Virus record (IMG/VR): IMGVR_UViG_3300008267_000272 | Location: 1-45,441 of that record | Reading direction: 5' to 3' (one strand) | Origin: a virus | Lineage: Duplodnaviria > Caudoviricetes | DNA: 45,441 bases | Shown: positions 29,632 to 37,601 of the stretch, in pieces | Numbering within the stretch: the stretch's first letter is position 1 | Layout of the letters: every line of letters starts with the position of its first letter | Position numbers and translations under genes: made by a program | Notes under the pieces: model-generated | Told to the model about the DNA's origin: nothing | Seen by the model: only the letters and a program-made list of their open reading frames with translations | The model's database searches: none

Positions 29632-30048
29632 CTAAGTTACGCTTACCGTTACTGTACCAACACTTGTCGTTCCCACCAAGTTATTTGGCGTTAAATCTAC
29701 ATCAAAGTTACTTGATCCACCTACTGGATACCAGCCCCACTGAATGTCTCTAGAACCCCCCGTAGGGTAGCCACCAAAGGTATTGTTTGGATCAATCTGC
29801 AACCCATTTACACCAGCCGTTACATAAGTGGTATCTTTCCTTGGCTCTCTCAAAGCCTGTGGATCCTCTACTGGATACATACCCAATAGCAATTGAGGCT
29901 GATCTGGATCCCAGCACTCAGGACACACCCTCAATTCATATCGTTTGGTCTTAATAACCTCTGTTTTTAAATTCTTGAGTTTGTACTGCTGACCGCATCT
30001 ATCGCATTCAGCAATGGCAAATTTGCCAGAGGCGAATGTATTACCCAT
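29632..30048 (-). CDS. zinc-ribbon protein
   Basis: CDRCG...VCPECWDPDQPQ. Confidence 0.7.
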   Translation of the reverse strand: MGNTFASGKFAIAECDRCGQQYKLKNLKTEVIKTKRYELRVCPECWDPDQPQLLLGMYPVEDPQALREPRKDTTYVTAGVNGLQIDPNNTFGGYPTGGSRDIQWGWYPVGGSSNFDVDLTPNNLVGTTSVGTVTVSVT

Positions 30049-30983
30049 TAGGGCGTACTCCCACCAATGAACTGCTGTCTAGGAACAAAACGCAACGGGG
30101 CTTTTTCATGGTCTTCACCAGCCGCCAAATTAAACTGTTCATCGTATGCCTGTTTCAGCATATCCAAACGGCCTTGCAACTCAGGAACTTTCATGGCTAT
30201 GTAGTAAGCCAATCCTGAGACAACACAAGGCAAGAAACGGAAATTCATATCAGATATTTGGATACCAGAGCCGGCATCTTGAATCCTACGCATTCTGTAA
30301 TACACAAGCTGGTAGGTAGTAGAGTTATCTGGGGTCGGCCATACTGTTACCGCAGGTAGTTGGGGTACATACACAGCCGTTGCCGTTGTATGGGTAGCCG
30401 CCGTTGTATAAGACTGTCCACGGAATACATTACCTATCGTATTGCCGTCTATGTAGTTGTAATACATGATCTCAGAATCCAACTTAATGAACCCAGATCC
30501 AGCTAATCCAACAGTGGAAGTTAGCGTAATTGTTGTGGCATCAATGGTAACGTTTCCATTGGTAGCCAAAGTAGTCGGGCTAGTTTCTCCAGACAAACGC
30601 TGAATCCATATCTGGATTGGTCTAGCCTCAGTCAATTTATTAGGAATAGTGGCATAGGTAGAAACACTAATACGGCTGATTGTTAAGTCAGCTTGGGTGC
30701 TTGCAGAGTTAGCGCCTGTGCGAATTACATGATCTAGCAGATCAATAGTATCCAATGGCAAAGAATAAGTATTCAATCCGGGTGTTAGGTCAATCACACC
30801 CTGTTCAATCGTCCACATATTTAAACCACGGTTAGCCCACTCAATGGTCATTATGTTCATCGACCTACGAGCCGTTCTTAGATCGTAGCCTGTACGCATT
30901 TCTCGACCCGCACGTTCCCATGACTCCTCGGCTATCTCCGTGAAGTCCATGTTAAATGCGGTTGCGCCAGTGGTATATGCCAT
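30048..30983 (-). CDS. head-tail connector/adaptor-type structural protein
   Basis: EE..ERAG...GYDLRTARRS.N....EWANRGLNMWT, Y..IPNK, WPTPD, RFLPC.V.GLAYY. Confidence 0.7.
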   Translation of the reverse strand: MAYTTGATAFNMDFTEIAEESWERAGREMRTGYDLRTARRSMNIMTIEWANRGLNMWTIEQGVIDLTPGLNTYSLPLDTIDLLDHVIRTGANSASTQADLTISRISVSTYATIPNKLTEARPIQIWIQRLSGETSPTTLATNGNVTIDATTITLTSTVGLAGSGFIKLDSEIMYYNYIDGNTIGNVFRGQSYTTAATHTTATAVYVPQLPAVTVWPTPDNSTTYQLVYYRMRRIQDAGSGIQISDMNFRFLPCVVSGLAYYIAMKVPELQGRLDMLKQAYDEQFNLAAGEDHEKAPLRFVPRQQFIGGSTP

Positions 30984-31216
30984 TATCTAAATCCTGCTGT
31001 TTTCTTTGCTATACCCTTGGGTTGAGCCACAAACTGTTTGCCTGCCGCCTTACCCGCACGTTTTGCTTTGGTGGTTGCCGCATACTCTTGAGAGCTTAAA
31101 GACTTAATTGCCGCCTCTGGCAAATAACGTTCACCAGTTTTTGACGATGGCTTTCCCGACTTGGTACGCCATTTCTGGTCACCCCAGTTTTTAAGGGATT
31201 GCTGTGGTGCTTTCAA
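30983..31216 (-). CDS. small basic protein (DUF5872-like)
   Basis: QQSLK.W..QKWRTKSGKPSSKTGERYLPEAAIKSLS. Confidence 0.65.
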   Translation of the reverse strand: MKAPQQSLKNWGDQKWRTKSGKPSSKTGERYLPEAAIKSLSSQEYAATTKAKRAGKAAGKQFVAQPKGIAKKTAGFR

Positions 31217-31488
31217 TCTCTGTAACCCCCGCCTGCCGCCTTGTATTTTTTTGCTACAAGTTGCGCTTTACGGGCTGACCATTGACCCGCGCCCGTGCCT
31301 TGCGTAGCCGCCGCTTTTACTTGAGCAACAATTCTTTTGCGCATACTAGGCTTGGTATAGTTTCCAGCGGCATTAACCTTCCCGCCTTCGGCATATTGCG
31401 TGAAGTCAGTGTCATCCCGTCTAGCTTTACGCTTTCCAGTAGGCATCTTTGAGGGGTTTATATCCCCCATGCCACGGCTTGCTCTCAT
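31213..31488 (-). CDS. small basic protein (YAEGG; NYTKP...GQWSARKAQ)
   Basis: 91 aa, coupled overlaps. Confidence 0.65.
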   Translation of the reverse strand: MRASRGMGDINPSKMPTGKRKARRDDTDFTQYAEGGKVNAAGNYTKPSMRKRIVAQVKAAATQGTGAGQWSARKAQLVAKKYKAAGGGYRD

Positions 31489-31664
31489 TTAGTACCGCCT
31501 TTAGTTTTTTTCTTGGCTAAAAACAATTTATCAACCATTTCAATTCGTTGTGGCTTGGTTGTAACTTTGTTAATAATGCCCAGTCTTTTTGGTTTACTTG
31601 CACTATAAAACCCAGCCTTTTTTAAAGACTTAGCTACACTGCTATTAGGTTTTACGGTTGCCAT
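31485..31664 (-). CDS. small Lys-rich protein
   Basis: ATG 31664 (MATVKPN) directly after the upstream stop is preferred to the track start at 31715. Confidence 0.6.
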   Translation of the reverse strand: MATVKPNSSVAKSLKKAGFYSASKPKRLGIINKVTTKPQRIEMVDKLFLAKKKTKGGTK

Positions 31665-31665
31665 A

Positions 31666-31992
31666 TCAGCACATCTTTCCGCGAGTTTTACCTCGTTGAG
31701 CAATACCATCAGCACGTTTAGAGGCCATTCCGCCTGTTGCTAGAGGAATCATTTTCATGTCTGCCTCTGCTTTTTTGTTTGGCTTGTATGGCAAAGTCCG
31801 TGCGCCTTCTGGCATATCCTTGGTTGACTTTGAACCCATAAAGTCTTCCTTTTTTGCGGGAGATCTATCGGGCAAAGTCACAGCACCTTCTGGTGCATTT
31901 TTATCAATCCTAATACCACTACCCGCAACTGGCGGTTTATAGTCTTTATAGTAAGTGGGATCGTCTAAATGTTGGGGCGTAGCTTTTGGCAT
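31666..31992 (-). CDS. small protein with C-terminal RADGIAQRGKTRGKMC tag
   Basis: 108-aa ORF with the shared C-terminal motif. Confidence 0.7.
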   Translation of the reverse strand: MPKATPQHLDDPTYYKDYKPPVAGSGIRIDKNAPEGAVTLPDRSPAKKEDFMGSKSTKDMPEGARTLPYKPNKKAEADMKMIPLATGGMASKRADGIAQRGKTRGKMC

Positions 31993-32019
31993 ATTGAACC
32001 TTTTTAAATGATTGCTGAT

Positions 32020-32478
32020 TTAGCAATATTTCTTTGCCATTCCACCTTTGTTAAGCAGTTTTCCTTTGGTCTTGCCTTTAGACGCAATGCCATCAGCGCG
32101 AGAAGAAGCTGAACCACCCTTAGAGTAGGTCATGCCGCCACCCATCATTTTCTTTGCGGCAAATGCTGGAACTTTTTTTCCATCTTTCATCACCATAGGC
32201 ATACCGCCTTTTTTCATACCCATTGATCCAGCCATAGCAGTATCAGCCATAGGTGTAGGCTTCTTTATACCGACTTTAGCGGTACTCATACCGGCCTTCA
32301 TTACTGGTTTACCCATCTTAGTTGTAGCCATATCACCACCCTTTTTAAAAGTTTCGCCTTTACTGGCTTTGCTGAACTCTTTGGCAACCTTAACAGGAAC
32401 GCCAACCTTTTTTGCAAATGCGGGGTTATGAGCCGCCGCATCCATAAAACGCTTTTGCGCTAGAGACTTTGCTGGCAT
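32020..32478 (-). CDS. K/M/G-rich basic protein with five xxxGG repeats and an RADGIASKGKTKG tag
   Basis: 152-aa ORF. Confidence 0.7.
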   Translation of the reverse strand: MPAKSLAQKRFMDAAAHNPAFAKKVGVPVKVAKEFSKASKGETFKKGGDMATTKMGKPVMKAGMSTAKVGIKKPTPMADTAMAGSMGMKKGGMPMVMKDGKKVPAFAAKKMMGGGMTYSKGGSASSRADGIASKGKTKGKLLNKGGMAKKYC

Positions 32479-33102
32479 TTAGCACATCTTCCCGCGAGTC
32501 TTACCACGCTGGGCTATACCGTCACCACGGCTAGAGGCGCTGGAAACTTTTCCACCTTTTGCCAATTTGTCACGGGCGGCGGCTTGCTCTCGTTCTTTTT
32601 GACGGCTAACTGGTCTAGTAGATTCGTAGTTCTGTTTAGCTTTGGAAAGCAAATTACCAATAGAAGAACCTACATCACCAATAGCTTCAGCACCCGAAGA
32701 AGAGCGAATGCGTTCATTAATAGATCTGGTATCAGTTTTACCGCTACCTGATCTAGCGTCTGCAAGATTGCTTTCCATACTTTGTTTCATGCGCTCATTA
32801 GCTGACATTTTGGTCACATCAGCAGGAGCAGAAACAGGAGCTGGCGCACTTGTTTTAGTAACTTCGGCGGGAGCAGGAGGCGGCATAGGAGCGGCTGATT
32901 CTCCACGGCGGGTAAAACCACGTTCTTTATTTAAAAAGTCACGCAAACTTAAACCTGACTTGGCAAGTTCCTCCTTGGTAACAACACGTTGCTTTTTAGC
33001 GGATGGTGCTGGCGCATATTGACCAGTACCGCTAGAGCCACCGTAGTCTTTACTATCTACCATAGAGCCTTCTTCGCCCTCGTAACCCTTAACTTTTTTC
33101 AT
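32479..33102 (-). CDS. low-complexity protein with C-terminal RGDGIAQRGKTRGKMC tag
   Basis: 207-aa ORF. Confidence 0.7.
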   Translation of the reverse strand: MKKVKGYEGEEGSMVDSKDYGGSSGTGQYAPAPSAKKQRVVTKEELAKSGLSLRDFLNKERGFTRRGESAAPMPPPAPAEVTKTSAPAPVSAPADVTKMSANERMKQSMESNLADARSGSGKTDTRSINERIRSSSGAEAIGDVGSSIGNLLSKAKQNYESTRPVSRQKEREQAAARDKLAKGGKVSSASSRGDGIAQRGKTRGKMC

Positions 33103-33105
33103 TTT

Positions 33106-33366
33106 CTATCCCCTTTGCTGAATAAGTTGGTCAATTTTTGCTTCAAGGCGATTGAAGCGCTGGTCAATATGGTCAGTAATTCTTTGAATTTCTGCTTGAG
33201 TAACGTAATCACGGGCTACCTCCTCACGGGTTATGTTTAGTAGGCGTTCGACACGTTTGATGTCCTCGCCCATGTCTCTGACTTGGCCGAGTTTCTCTCG
33301 CATGAAGAAGCCAAATGCTCCCATTACGATAGACAAAACTGCCGACCAAATAAGGTGTGCATCCAT
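33106..33366 (-). CDS. small membrane protein (N-terminal TM + coiled coil)
   Basis: ATG 33366 overlaps the upstream TAA (TAATG). Contains LLNITREEVARDYVT...RLEAKID. Confidence 0.65.
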   Translation of the reverse strand: MDAHLIWSAVLSIVMGAFGFFMREKLGQVRDMGEDIKRVERLLNITREEVARDYVTQAEIQRITDHIDQRFNRLEAKIDQLIQQRG

Positions 33367-33677
33367 TAACAAATTCTTCCTTTAGTCTTGCCACGTTGGG
33401 CAATGCCATCTGCGGATTTAATGTATCCACCATCAGCGCAATTCCATGCTCTGAGGCTTTTATTAATCCTAGAGTTCGGGTCGTTCGCTGTTTTTGCGGA
33501 TGTCAATTTCTTTTTCATTCCACTCATCCTTGCACAGAAAGAGTCTCGCCTTGAGCCGCCCTCTGGTTGAGGCGGTTTCAAGTTGTGACCTTCTTTCTTC
33601 GCAGAGGCTCGGCCCTTGGCGTTTAAACCGCCCTTGGGGTTCTTGCCTTCCTTGCGTTGCCATGCGGGACTAGCCAT
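33366..33677 (-). CDS. DUF6321-like small basic protein with an added C-terminal SADGIAQRGKTKGRIC tag
   Basis: AWQRKEGKNPKGGLNAKGR...RRDSFCARM...SRINKSLRAWNC. Confidence 0.7.
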   Translation of the reverse strand: MASPAWQRKEGKNPKGGLNAKGRASAKKEGHNLKPPQPEGGSRRDSFCARMSGMKKKLTSAKTANDPNSRINKSLRAWNCADGGYIKSADGIAQRGKTKGRIC

Positions 33678-34413
33678 TTGCAACTTTCAACTGAGGCTTT
33701 GCGTGTTCTTTTAACAAAGGACGCAAAACATCTTTCTCAAAGTCGCGTGTAAATTCTTCTGTGCCAATATGTGGAAGACTAATCATTGGGTCTAAGTAAA
33801 TCTTAAATCCATCTTGTCTTGCTCTCAAACAGAAAGCATAGTCTTCACCAATGTATTGACCGTTAAGAATCATAAAGTCAAATAGTGCGTGTTCTGTTTC
33901 ACCATCACCATCACCAGCATATTGCCACTCTGGGTGTTTCTCAATCATGTGTTCTATTACATGGCGGCGGATAAGCATAAATCCTGTGGAAACACTTTCC
34001 ACTCTCATCAAACCATGATCATCAAACTCTAACTGACCATCTTTATCCAGATAGAAATCAAGGAAAAACTTAGCGTCTTTTGATCTGCGCGGATACGATC
34101 CAGCCACAACGTCCTTGTCTGATGACAAAGCCAATAAGCGAGTAACAGCATCTGTATTAATCACTACGTCAGCATCTACAAACAAGAAGTCTGTGCAATC
34201 TGATTCCATAAAGTTACGGACTAATTTGTTCCGTGCTTTAGTAATGATTGAACAGCCAGACATATGTACGAGGTTTAGTCGTACACCCATCTTGTCTAAC
34301 TTAGGCACAAGTTCAGCAATGGCAAAAGCAGTTCTGATGTTTACTTTGCCATCGTAACAAGGGATCGCAATCATTAACTTGCGACCAATCAAGTTAAAAC
34401 TTTTATCAGCCAT
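33670..34413 (-). CDS. GT-A fold glycosyltransferase-like protein
   Basis: IAIPCYDG, ARNKLV, FLFVDAD (DxD), TGFMLIRR, GEDYAFC. Confidence 0.8.
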   Translation of the reverse strand: MADKSFNLIGRKLMIAIPCYDGKVNIRTAFAIAELVPKLDKMGVRLNLVHMSGCSIITKARNKLVRNFMESDCTDFLFVDADVVINTDAVTRLLALSSDKDVVAGSYPRRSKDAKFFLDFYLDKDGQLEFDDHGLMRVESVSTGFMLIRRHVIEHMIEKHPEWQYAGDGDGETEHALFDFMILNGQYIGEDYAFCLRARQDGFKIYLDPMISLPHIGTEEFTRDFEKDVLRPLLKEHAKPQLKVANG

Positions 34414-34912
34414 AGTAGACATTGGAAGAAAGTAGATTGGACATACTCAAGTAGATGCCGTTTTTAACCACTATCCCTTCGCCGGGAATCAACGCAAAAT
34501 TACCAAACAAGTCAGAAGCGCCAGTGTCATAACTAGCAAGCCACAGAGATGCGTACAAAGCCGCCGTTCCAGCAACAACAGTTCCAGAGTTAATATCTGT
34601 AACCGTAAAAGTGTTTGCGGTTAAGCGTGTAATTACATAGTTGCCGTTTGTACCGGATGTTCCGCTTGCTGTTGCAAACGCAAGCCCAACTACATCTCCA
34701 GTAACTAGCCCGTGTGCGCTCTTAGTAACAGTGATAAGCGTAGCCGCTCTCTCGTATGTTGCTGAGACAGGTGCTGTAGTTGTGTCAAAAATGTCCAGTG
34801 TTCCAGCCGTAGCCGTACCAACCATAGAAACAGCTTTTAATCTATTTCTTCCCAGAACAACAAAACCAGAGTTGTTAAGGTGACCCGATTTAACGTCTGT
34901 TTGCATACCCAT
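34406..34912 (-). CDS. virion structural protein with a beta-rich 'AHGL.TGD.V' insertion domain
   Basis: MQTDVKS..., IPGEGI C-terminal motif. Confidence 0.6.
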   Translation of the reverse strand: MGMQTDVKSGHLNNSGFVVLGRNRLKAVSMVGTATAGTLDIFDTTTAPVSATYERAATLITVTKSAHGLVTGDVVGLAFATASGTSGTNGNYVITRLTANTFTVTDINSGTVVAGTAALYASLWLASYDTGASDLFGNFALIPGEGIVVKNGIYLSMSNLLSSNVYYG

Positions 34913-34962
34913 AATTAATCTCCTTGTTTAAACATAGGAGCCGAAGCCCCTGAGATTAATTA
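34912..34962 (-). promoter_or_regulatory. RNA structure: cUUCGg hairpin (34936-34951) enclosed by an 11-bp stem pairing the upstream stop region with the downstream SD/AUG
   Basis: + strand taattaatctc 34912-34922 and gagattaatta 34952-34962 are perfect reverse complements. Inner hairpin AGGGGC-UUCG-GCUCCU. Confidence 0.7.
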
Positions 34963-35457
34963 AGCTTGGCTTGGGTTAGCAGAGCCGTCTGAATCACGAA
35001 CAATGTACTCAACAGTAACAGTAATCGTGCCGGCAGTGGCATCAGCAGTAGCCGCTGTAAAAGTACCGTAAATGATCGCATCAGTTGTACCGATGCTGTC
35101 ATAAACACCAGAAGTAGCCGCCGCGATAGTAGCTGGAGAAGTTTGAACCGCTGTAGCGCCGGTATTGACCGAAGCCATATACAGGTTAGCTGTAGTGCCA
35201 TTACCGATAGTAACGCCGCAGTTAGTTGCGCCAGTCAAGGCAACATTAACTTCAAGGGCAAAGTTAAGAATTTTAGCGCCAGCAGGAAGCACAAACATTT
35301 GTTGTGCAACAGGGGTTGCCAAAATGACAGAAGCGGGGGCTGTGTAAGTCTGGGCAACTATAGTTGCGCCCATATTACGAATAGTGCCAGCAGTAGTGCC
35401 GGTGGTGTTTTTAACAGTACCCAACAACCAAGGGCCTAAATGACTTGCGAATCCCAT
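34960..35457 (-). CDS. putative capsid decoration/minor head protein
   Basis: A/T-rich beta protein two genes from the MCP (LPAGA.I...G.ITVTVEY). Confidence 0.6.
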   Translation of the reverse strand: MGFASHLGPWLLGTVKNTTGTTAGTIRNMGATIVAQTYTAPASVILATPVAQQMFVLPAGAKILNFALEVNVALTGATNCGVTIGNGTTANLYMASVNTGATAVQTSPATIAAATSGVYDSIGTTDAIIYGTFTAATADATAGTITVTVEYIVRDSDGSANPSQA

Positions 35458-35465
35458 AAGAATAT

Positions 35466-35535
35466 CTCCATGCGTTATGGCGTATCAATCTGCATGAGGT
35501 CAGCCGAGCCTGTTTGATACACCGATGATTCTCGG
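35466..35535 (-). ncRNA. structured cis-RNA downstream of the Mu gpT-like capsid gene; candidate Mu-gpT-DE motif
   Basis: Four complementary pairs (5, 10, 3 and 5 bp) forming interleaved pseudoknots. Location matches the published 'Mu-like gpT downstream element' context; not checked against the covariance model. Confidence 0.55.
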
Positions 35536-35559
35536 ATTGCTTAAATATACACTAAAACA

Positions 35560-35600
35560 GAAAAAAGAAAAGGGGGCTTGTGACCCCCTTCTCTATTTTT
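35560..35600 (-). terminator. Rho-independent terminator after the major capsid gene (potentially bidirectional)
   Basis: GAAGGGGGU-CACAA-GCCCCCUUU followed by UCUUUUUU; A-tract on the other side. Confidence 0.85.
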
Positions 35601-35603
35601 TTA

Positions 35604-36515
35604 TTAAGACGAACCGGGTGATCCGAAGATACCTAGTGGGTCTGATACGCCGAAGCTATAACGCTCACGGGCTTTGTAACGAACGTTACCAGTGTCGAAG
35701 TCTCCATCCATACTGTTTTGCAACGGAGTACGAACAAAGTGCTTCAGACCATTGGGTACGTCTGTACATAAGAACCAAGCATTGGTGTCGGTCAAATAGT
35801 GGTTAACTGTGTAACCCTCTGGAATTGAACCGTTGTTCTTCAATGCGTTGATATCGTTATCGGTAGTACCGACACGCAACTCAGTCTCTAAGAGGCGAGT
35901 AGCAACGAACATCAAAGCAGGTGGAACGACCAATTTTCTTGGTTTAGCCGCAATCAAGAGGCCGCGCTCGTCTGTCCAACCAGCGATTTGAATGACAGCA
36001 TTCTCAAGAGAAGTCTCATTCAAGTCAGCGCCAGTAGTAGGACGATTGCTGTTGGTGCCACCAGAGATCAATGGATGGGCAGTGCTACACAAGGTAACGC
36101 CGTCACCGTAAGTCACTGTAGTGGTGAACGCATTGTTCAACACATAAGCGGACTTGACCTGCTTGGTATAAGCCATAGCTCTAGCCAATGCTTTGGTATA
36201 GCGGCTAGACAACGAGTCATACAAGTTGTCTTCCACTGCTTCTTCAGTGATGGAGAAGCCCATTGCGATGGTTTCGTGGTTGTAACGAGCTGTCCATGCT
36301 TCTTGTGCATTGTCATAAGCGATGGCAGAGCCTTCGTTCTTGACTGGTGCGGCAGAGAAGCCTGACAGTTTTGTTTCCTCTTCGAAGCTACGCTCTGATG
36401 TCTCAGTTTCGTAGATTTCTTTATGCTCTTCGCCGTATTTGGCGTACTCAAGACCGAACAATGCGTTCAAGCCGGGGAGCAGTTCTTTGAGTAGTTGTGC
36501 GCGTGAAATTGCCAT
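35604..36515 (-). CDS. major capsid protein (HK97 fold, Mu gpT-like family)
   Basis: MAISRAQLLKELLPGLNALFG, S.RSFEEE, ITEEA.EDNLY, P.KLVVP, DFDTGN.RYKARERYSFG.SDP. Confidence 0.92.
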   Translation of the reverse strand: MAISRAQLLKELLPGLNALFGLEYAKYGEEHKEIYETETSERSFEEETKLSGFSAAPVKNEGSAIAYDNAQEAWTARYNHETIAMGFSITEEAVEDNLYDSLSSRYTKALARAMAYTKQVKSAYVLNNAFTTTVTYGDGVTLCSTAHPLISGGTNSNRPTTGADLNETSLENAVIQIAGWTDERGLLIAAKPRKLVVPPALMFVATRLLETELRVGTTDNDINALKNNGSIPEGYTVNHYLTDTNAWFLCTDVPNGLKHFVRTPLQNSMDGDFDTGNVRYKARERYSFGVSDPLGIFGSPGSS

Positions 36516-36525
36516 TTCTTACTCC

Positions 36526-37122
36526 TTAGACACCAGTGGTGTTGTTGTACTGGTGCGTGTTGATTTTCACCAACAGCTCGGTGTAAGTGTCAGCCGCAGT
36601 AGCGGTTTCTGGCACAACATCAATCACCCGAATTGGGATAGTGGCAGTAGTACCAGCACCCGTTAAAGTTACAGCATAGGCAGAATTACCGGTGGTAGTG
36701 CTACCAGCGTTAAGAACCAATGCCAAGTTAGTACCTACTACAGTACGGCCAGCAGAACTCATGGTAGTTCCAGAAGAAACAACAGCTACTTTAAAAAGAG
36801 CCATAGGATCATCAATAACATACGCATAAGCTGGGTTGGTGGCAGTGCTTACAGAAGCGGGAATATATTGGCTCTGAACGGTTTGGCCGCTAGAGTTTAC
36901 ATATTGACCGCCGACAACTACGCCGACAATTGTGCCGGAGTTGGTGGTGGTTGAAAGAACCAGATAACCGGTGCTGTCAATTTGAACCGTATCGCCGTTA
37001 AAAACGGCGGTGGCAAAAGAAGCGGCAACGGGAATCTGTCGAATAGCGCCAGCGTAAGGCATCCCGTCAATTCTATTGACAGGTTCTAAGCCATATGGCG
37101 CAGAGACAGTGGGGTAAGCCAT
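36526..37122 (-). CDS. putative capsid cement/decoration protein
   Basis: APYGL.PV...F.GD.V...VIDDP; immediately upstream of the MCP. Confidence 0.65.
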   Translation of the reverse strand: MAYPTVSAPYGLEPVNRIDGMPYAGAIRQIPVAASFATAVFNGDTVQIDSTGYLVLSTTTNSGTIVGVVVGGQYVNSSGQTVQSQYIPASVSTATNPAYAYVIDDPMALFKVAVVSSGTTMSSAGRTVVGTNLALVLNAGSTTTGNSAYAVTLTGAGTTATIPIRVIDVVPETATAADTYTELLVKINTHQYNNTTGV

Positions 37123-37142
37123 GTTTTAAAGCTCCAAAAAAA

Positions 37143-37601
37143 TTAAAGACCTTTTCCGAAAGTTACCTTGGTGCTACGTTCTTTAAACATAGGCATCCGA
37201 GGATCGCTCTCGCGCATATAAGTGTTATCCACAGAGGCCATCTGCGCTTCAGCTTGTCGCTGGAAATGCGCGTCACGGTCTTGCGTGAATTCCACTGGGG
37301 TTTTACAAAGCAACAAGCCACCGATCTCAATACTGTCAGGAAAGCGATTAGCTTGCCCGCTCATAAGAATGATCTCAGGATGCTCAGAAGCCTTTACAGG
37401 TTCCCAACCTTCGCGTAATTTTGAAGAAATGTTCATGGTGTCAGCCGAGCCGAGGGTACTCAATCGAATCCAACGAAACGCATACCCGTCCTCTGGATGA
37501 GGGTCGGGTAGAAGTTGGGGAGGCATCCATTTACGGGTACGCTCCGTTTGTGCGCGAACTTCTGTATCGCGGCTTGCTCTCGTTTGTTTGACTTCACTCA
37601 T
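37143..37601 (-). CDS. conserved head-module protein
   Basis: W.PP.LLP.P....GY.FRWIR...LREGWEPV...IGGLLLCK. Confidence 0.65.
   Translation of the reverse strand: MSEVKQTRASRDTEVRAQTERTRKWMPPQLLPDPHPEDGYAFRWIRLSTLGSADTMNISSKLREGWEPVKASEHPEIILMSGQANRFPDSIEIGGLLLCKTPVEFTQDRDAHFQRQAEAQMASVDNTYMRESDPRMPMFKERSTKVTFGKGL

Noticed and set aside
31485-33102. Resemblance of KKGG/AKGG segments to the ribosomal protein L27 N-terminus
   Set aside because: Similarity is limited to 4-5 low-complexity residues, with no L27 fold motifs.
35466-35535. HDV-like/theta, hammerhead or SAM-II/V identity for the structured RNA
   Set aside because: Helix order does not fit the HDV topology, and the hammerhead (CUGANGA/GAAA) and SAM-II/V conserved nucleotides are absent.
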